Positions 60,852 to 64,000 of a DNA stretch of 64,000 nt are shown piece after piece (the stretch's first letter is position 1; every line of letters starts with the position of its first letter). Under the pieces are notes generated by a model that was not told the origin of the DNA, did not search any database, and saw nothing but the letters and a program-made list of their open reading frames with translations. This DNA comes from Scyliorhinus canicula (taxonomy: Eukaryota), in NCBI RefSeq assembly GCF_902713615.1, contig NC_052146.1, positions 17,066,938-17,130,937 of the forward strand. The letters run 5' to 3'. The position numbers and the translations under genes are program-made.

Positions 60852-63800
60852 AGTCACACTGCCATTCAGCCTTCAGGCTGAGAATGTGTTTCTCGAATAA
60901 AATATCATTATTATAAAATGGGGTTATAAAATAACACTTGTGTACTGGCTCATGTAATTACCTAAGTGCTGCCATGTGGGTGGGCCTGTTTTTAATTGTA
61001 ATTGATTGCGAGTTGACAAACTGGTTTAATTTGACATGAAATACATGCAGCAACAAAATACACAGATTTCACAGCAAAATGTATGAATTCCACCCACTCC
61101 TCAGTCAATGGAAACAAAATAAACAGGCTCGAGGGGGCTGCATGACTGACTCATATACCTCAAATATAAACTTTACAGGCCATTTTGAGGCAGAAACTCA
61201 CTTTCTACTTAGCTACTTAGCGTGGGGCAACACAGTGGATAGCACTGTGGCTTCACAGCGCCAGGGTCCAGGTTCGATTCCCCGCTGGGTCACTGTCTGT
61301 GCGGAGTCTGCACATTCTCCCCGTGTCTGTGTGGGTTTCCTCCGGTTTCCACCCATAGTCCAAAGACGTGCAGGTTAGGTGGATTGGCCATGATAAATTG
61401 CCTTTAGTGACCAAAAAGGTTAGGAGGGGTTATTGGGTTACGGGGATAGGGTGGGGGGAGGCCAAATGGCCTCCTTCTGCACTGGATGTTCTATGTGGAC
61501 CCAAGCTAGCTGACTCTCCCTTCGGCTGAGAACGGATGACGACTGTCTAACAAGCTGTGGCTACCTTCGACAAGTGCCCGTCTAAGTTTGTAAAGGGGAG
61601 TAGTAGCATTCTTGAAGACTGACATTAAACTGCCTGAAGTGTTTCTGTCACCTACTGCTGATGAGGGAGATACACGCGTGACAGATTCATCTCACTTTCA
61701 GTGGCATCAATGTGTTGGGGGAAGCATAGAAAAAAGGTTACAGGAAAGTGCCAATTTTTATTTCTACAAATCATTGGTTGGACCTTGGTTTTGGTACTGT
61801 ACTGTATCTTATTCTGGACACGATGCTACATCAAGGATTTGGTGAGGGCACAGAGGAGATTTACTGAAACGGTACAGGAGATGAGGGGTATTCAGAGAGA
61901 CAAATGAAACTGCAATTGTTTTTGTTAGAGCTGAGAGGTTTAAGGGGGGATTTAACAAGAGGTGTTCAAAATCATGTGGAGTTCCTTTAGGACGAGAGAA
62001 ACAGTTTTCACCAGCACTGAAACATGAGGTCCCTCCGAAATGTCCTAGCAGTGTGTTGTACCAAACTGAAATACAGACAAATTGAAGAATAAAAAAAACT
62101 GGAAGAGCCATCTGGCATTGGATTAATGAGGGATTTTCCAGGTACCAACAAAAGTTAGTGGACTTTTGGCTGGGTCGCTGAAACACCCGTGGGGGTCCCA
62201 CTACAATGGGGGCCAGTAAATCCCAGTCTGAGGAACTGGAAATGACAAAGATTCATCCTGCCCAGTCGACAGTGCAAAGCTCTCCTCAGTAATATTTGAG
62301 GACTTGTGCCAAAATTAGGAGAACTGCCCCTTAGACTAGCCAATCAACAGCTTGACAGTCATATTCACCAAATCAGGGGCAGCACGGTGGCACAATGGTT
62401 AGCATTGTTGCCTACGGCGCTGAGGACCCGGGTTCGAATCCCGGCCTTGGGTCACTGTCCGTGTGGAGTTTGCACATTCTCCCCGTGTCTGCGTGGGTTT
62501 CGCCCCCACAACCCAATAGATGTGCAGGATAGGTGGATTGGCCACACTAAATTGCCCCTTAATTGGAAAAAATAATTGGGTACGCTAAATTTATTTTAAA
62601 AATATATATTCACCAAATCATACTTTATGAGCAATGTCCCAGACTCCTCTATCACTAACGCTGGGTATATCCTGGACCCGCCAGCAGGACAGATTCACCA
62701 AAGGTTGTGGCACAGAGGTACACAGTTGAGGAGTGGGTGGGGGAGGAAGAGAGAAATGGTACCCATAGAGTCCGAGAAGCATTGAGGGCAGCATTAAAGG
62801 CACAGATGTGTTGAACCACCACCACCCACATGTTTCCTGACAAAACACACGTCACCCTGACTCAGAACTACATCGCCTTTCCTTCACTGTCGCTGGGTCA
62901 AATCATCAAACTTTCTCCTGAACGGTATTGTGGGCGTACCTACACCACATGGAATGAGGATATCAAGAGGCCAGCTCACTATCAGTTGATGAATTGCAAT
63001 TACAGATCCCAAGACGAATTAAAAAGAAAATTAGTAACCATAAGTCACAGATTTAAACGAATTTGCAAAAAACCTAGCAGGGAAGTGTTGAGCAATTTCC
63101 ATTAACTCAGCAAGGGTCTGAAAAGGTGATGGAAGCAGATTCAGTTTGAACATTCAAATGGGGTTGAACACATTCTTAAAAAAGGAAAGAATTTGAGGGC
63201 TATGGGTAAAGATTGGAACTAATTGGATAGCTCTCTTTTTGGGAGTCAGTGATGGTATAATGGGCCAAATCACTCTAATTAATGTATGATTCACAAATTA
63301 TTGCTCAGTAACACTGGGGTGAAGAATTATGTTAAAAATGTTGGCTCTTAATCCATTTATTTACAGAACAGTATAATTTTTAACACATCTATTACAAACA
63401 TCACACTAATAAAGAATGTCAACTGTGATATTTAGCACCTAACATCTAAAACAAACAGCAGTGCCAACTAAGTAAAAATGTTCCAGGCTGATTTAGGCCT
63501 TTTTGTTCTATTATCTCCTGAAAATAATTTAGTTTCACACAAAAAGTTCAATGTTAAGAAAATAATTGGCCATGTGGGGGAGAGGTTCCACTGGGTTCTC
63601 TTGACCTCTCATACTAATTTTGCAGAACGGGGCAGCACGGTAGCAGAATGGCTAGCACAATTGCTTCACAGCTCTAGCGTCCCAAGTTCGATTCCCGGCT
63701 TGGGTCACTGTCTGTGTGGAGTCTGCACGTTCTCCCCGCGTCTGCGTGGGTATCCTCTGGATGCTCCGGTTTCCTCCCACAGTCAAAAGATGTGCAGGTT

Positions 63801-64000
63801 AGAGGGACTGGCTACGCTAAATTGCCCCTAGTGCCCAAAAAGAGAGGTTAATTGGGGTTACGAGGTTAAGGGAATGATGGGGTGGAGGTGGTGTGTGCTT
63901 GAGTCGGGTGCTCTTTCCAAGGGCTGGTGCAGACCCGATGGGCCGAATGGCCTCCTTCTGCACTGTAAATTCTATGATAAGATCGTAACAGTGTAAACTG

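Larger units (their letters stand above)
900..63980. mobile_element. Dispersed HE1/V-SINE family: many dozens of full and truncated copies on both strands (collective entry)
   Basis: tRNA-like head with A box (tggcgcagtgg) and B box (ggttcgatccc) plus the V-SINE core tgtggagtttgcacattctccccgtgtctgcgtgggtttc…ggtggattggccatgctaaattgccc. Accounts for the recurring GHCPCGVCTFSPCLRGF ORFs. Confidence 0.92.

Noticed and set aside
739-63831. Apparent multi-copy small Cys-rich protein family (…GHCPCGVCTFSPCLRGF…, …GETHADTGRMCKLHTDSDP…)
   Set aside because: These are translations of the V-SINE body on either strand, with variable starts, stops and frameshifts.

Overview
Vertebrate, repeat-dense genomic DNA from a shark or other elasmobranch (dozens of HE1/V-SINE copies, CR1/L2/L1 fragments; catshark-like). 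Almost every ORF in the supplied track is a SINE read-through artefact. The real coding content had to be rebuilt by splicing. At the left end is the last coding exon of HPS4 (+, 506-677). At the right are the last two coding exons of ASPHD2 (-, 60047-60160 and 54297-54406), apparently joined through a GC-AG intron. These two genes are tail-to-tail neighbours in mammals. Between them here lies a complete, intact 3-exon gene on the - strand (20112-19644, 17607-17448, 14844-14631). It encodes a 280-aa secreted protein with a signal peptide, an early polybasic cleavage site, a Cys motif, and a C-terminal half that reads like a TGF-beta prodomain arm, but it has no cystine-knot growth factor. This is the best candidate for an undescribed system. 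Other notable items: Penelope-type inverted repeats carrying minimal hammerhead ribozymes, a Gypsy pol fragment captured in a four-level SINE nest, a V-SINE family with swapped 3' tails, a hAT MITE with a perfect TSD, and a pogo deletion derivative. Repeat boundaries are read by eye and approximate; exon boundaries were counted base by base.
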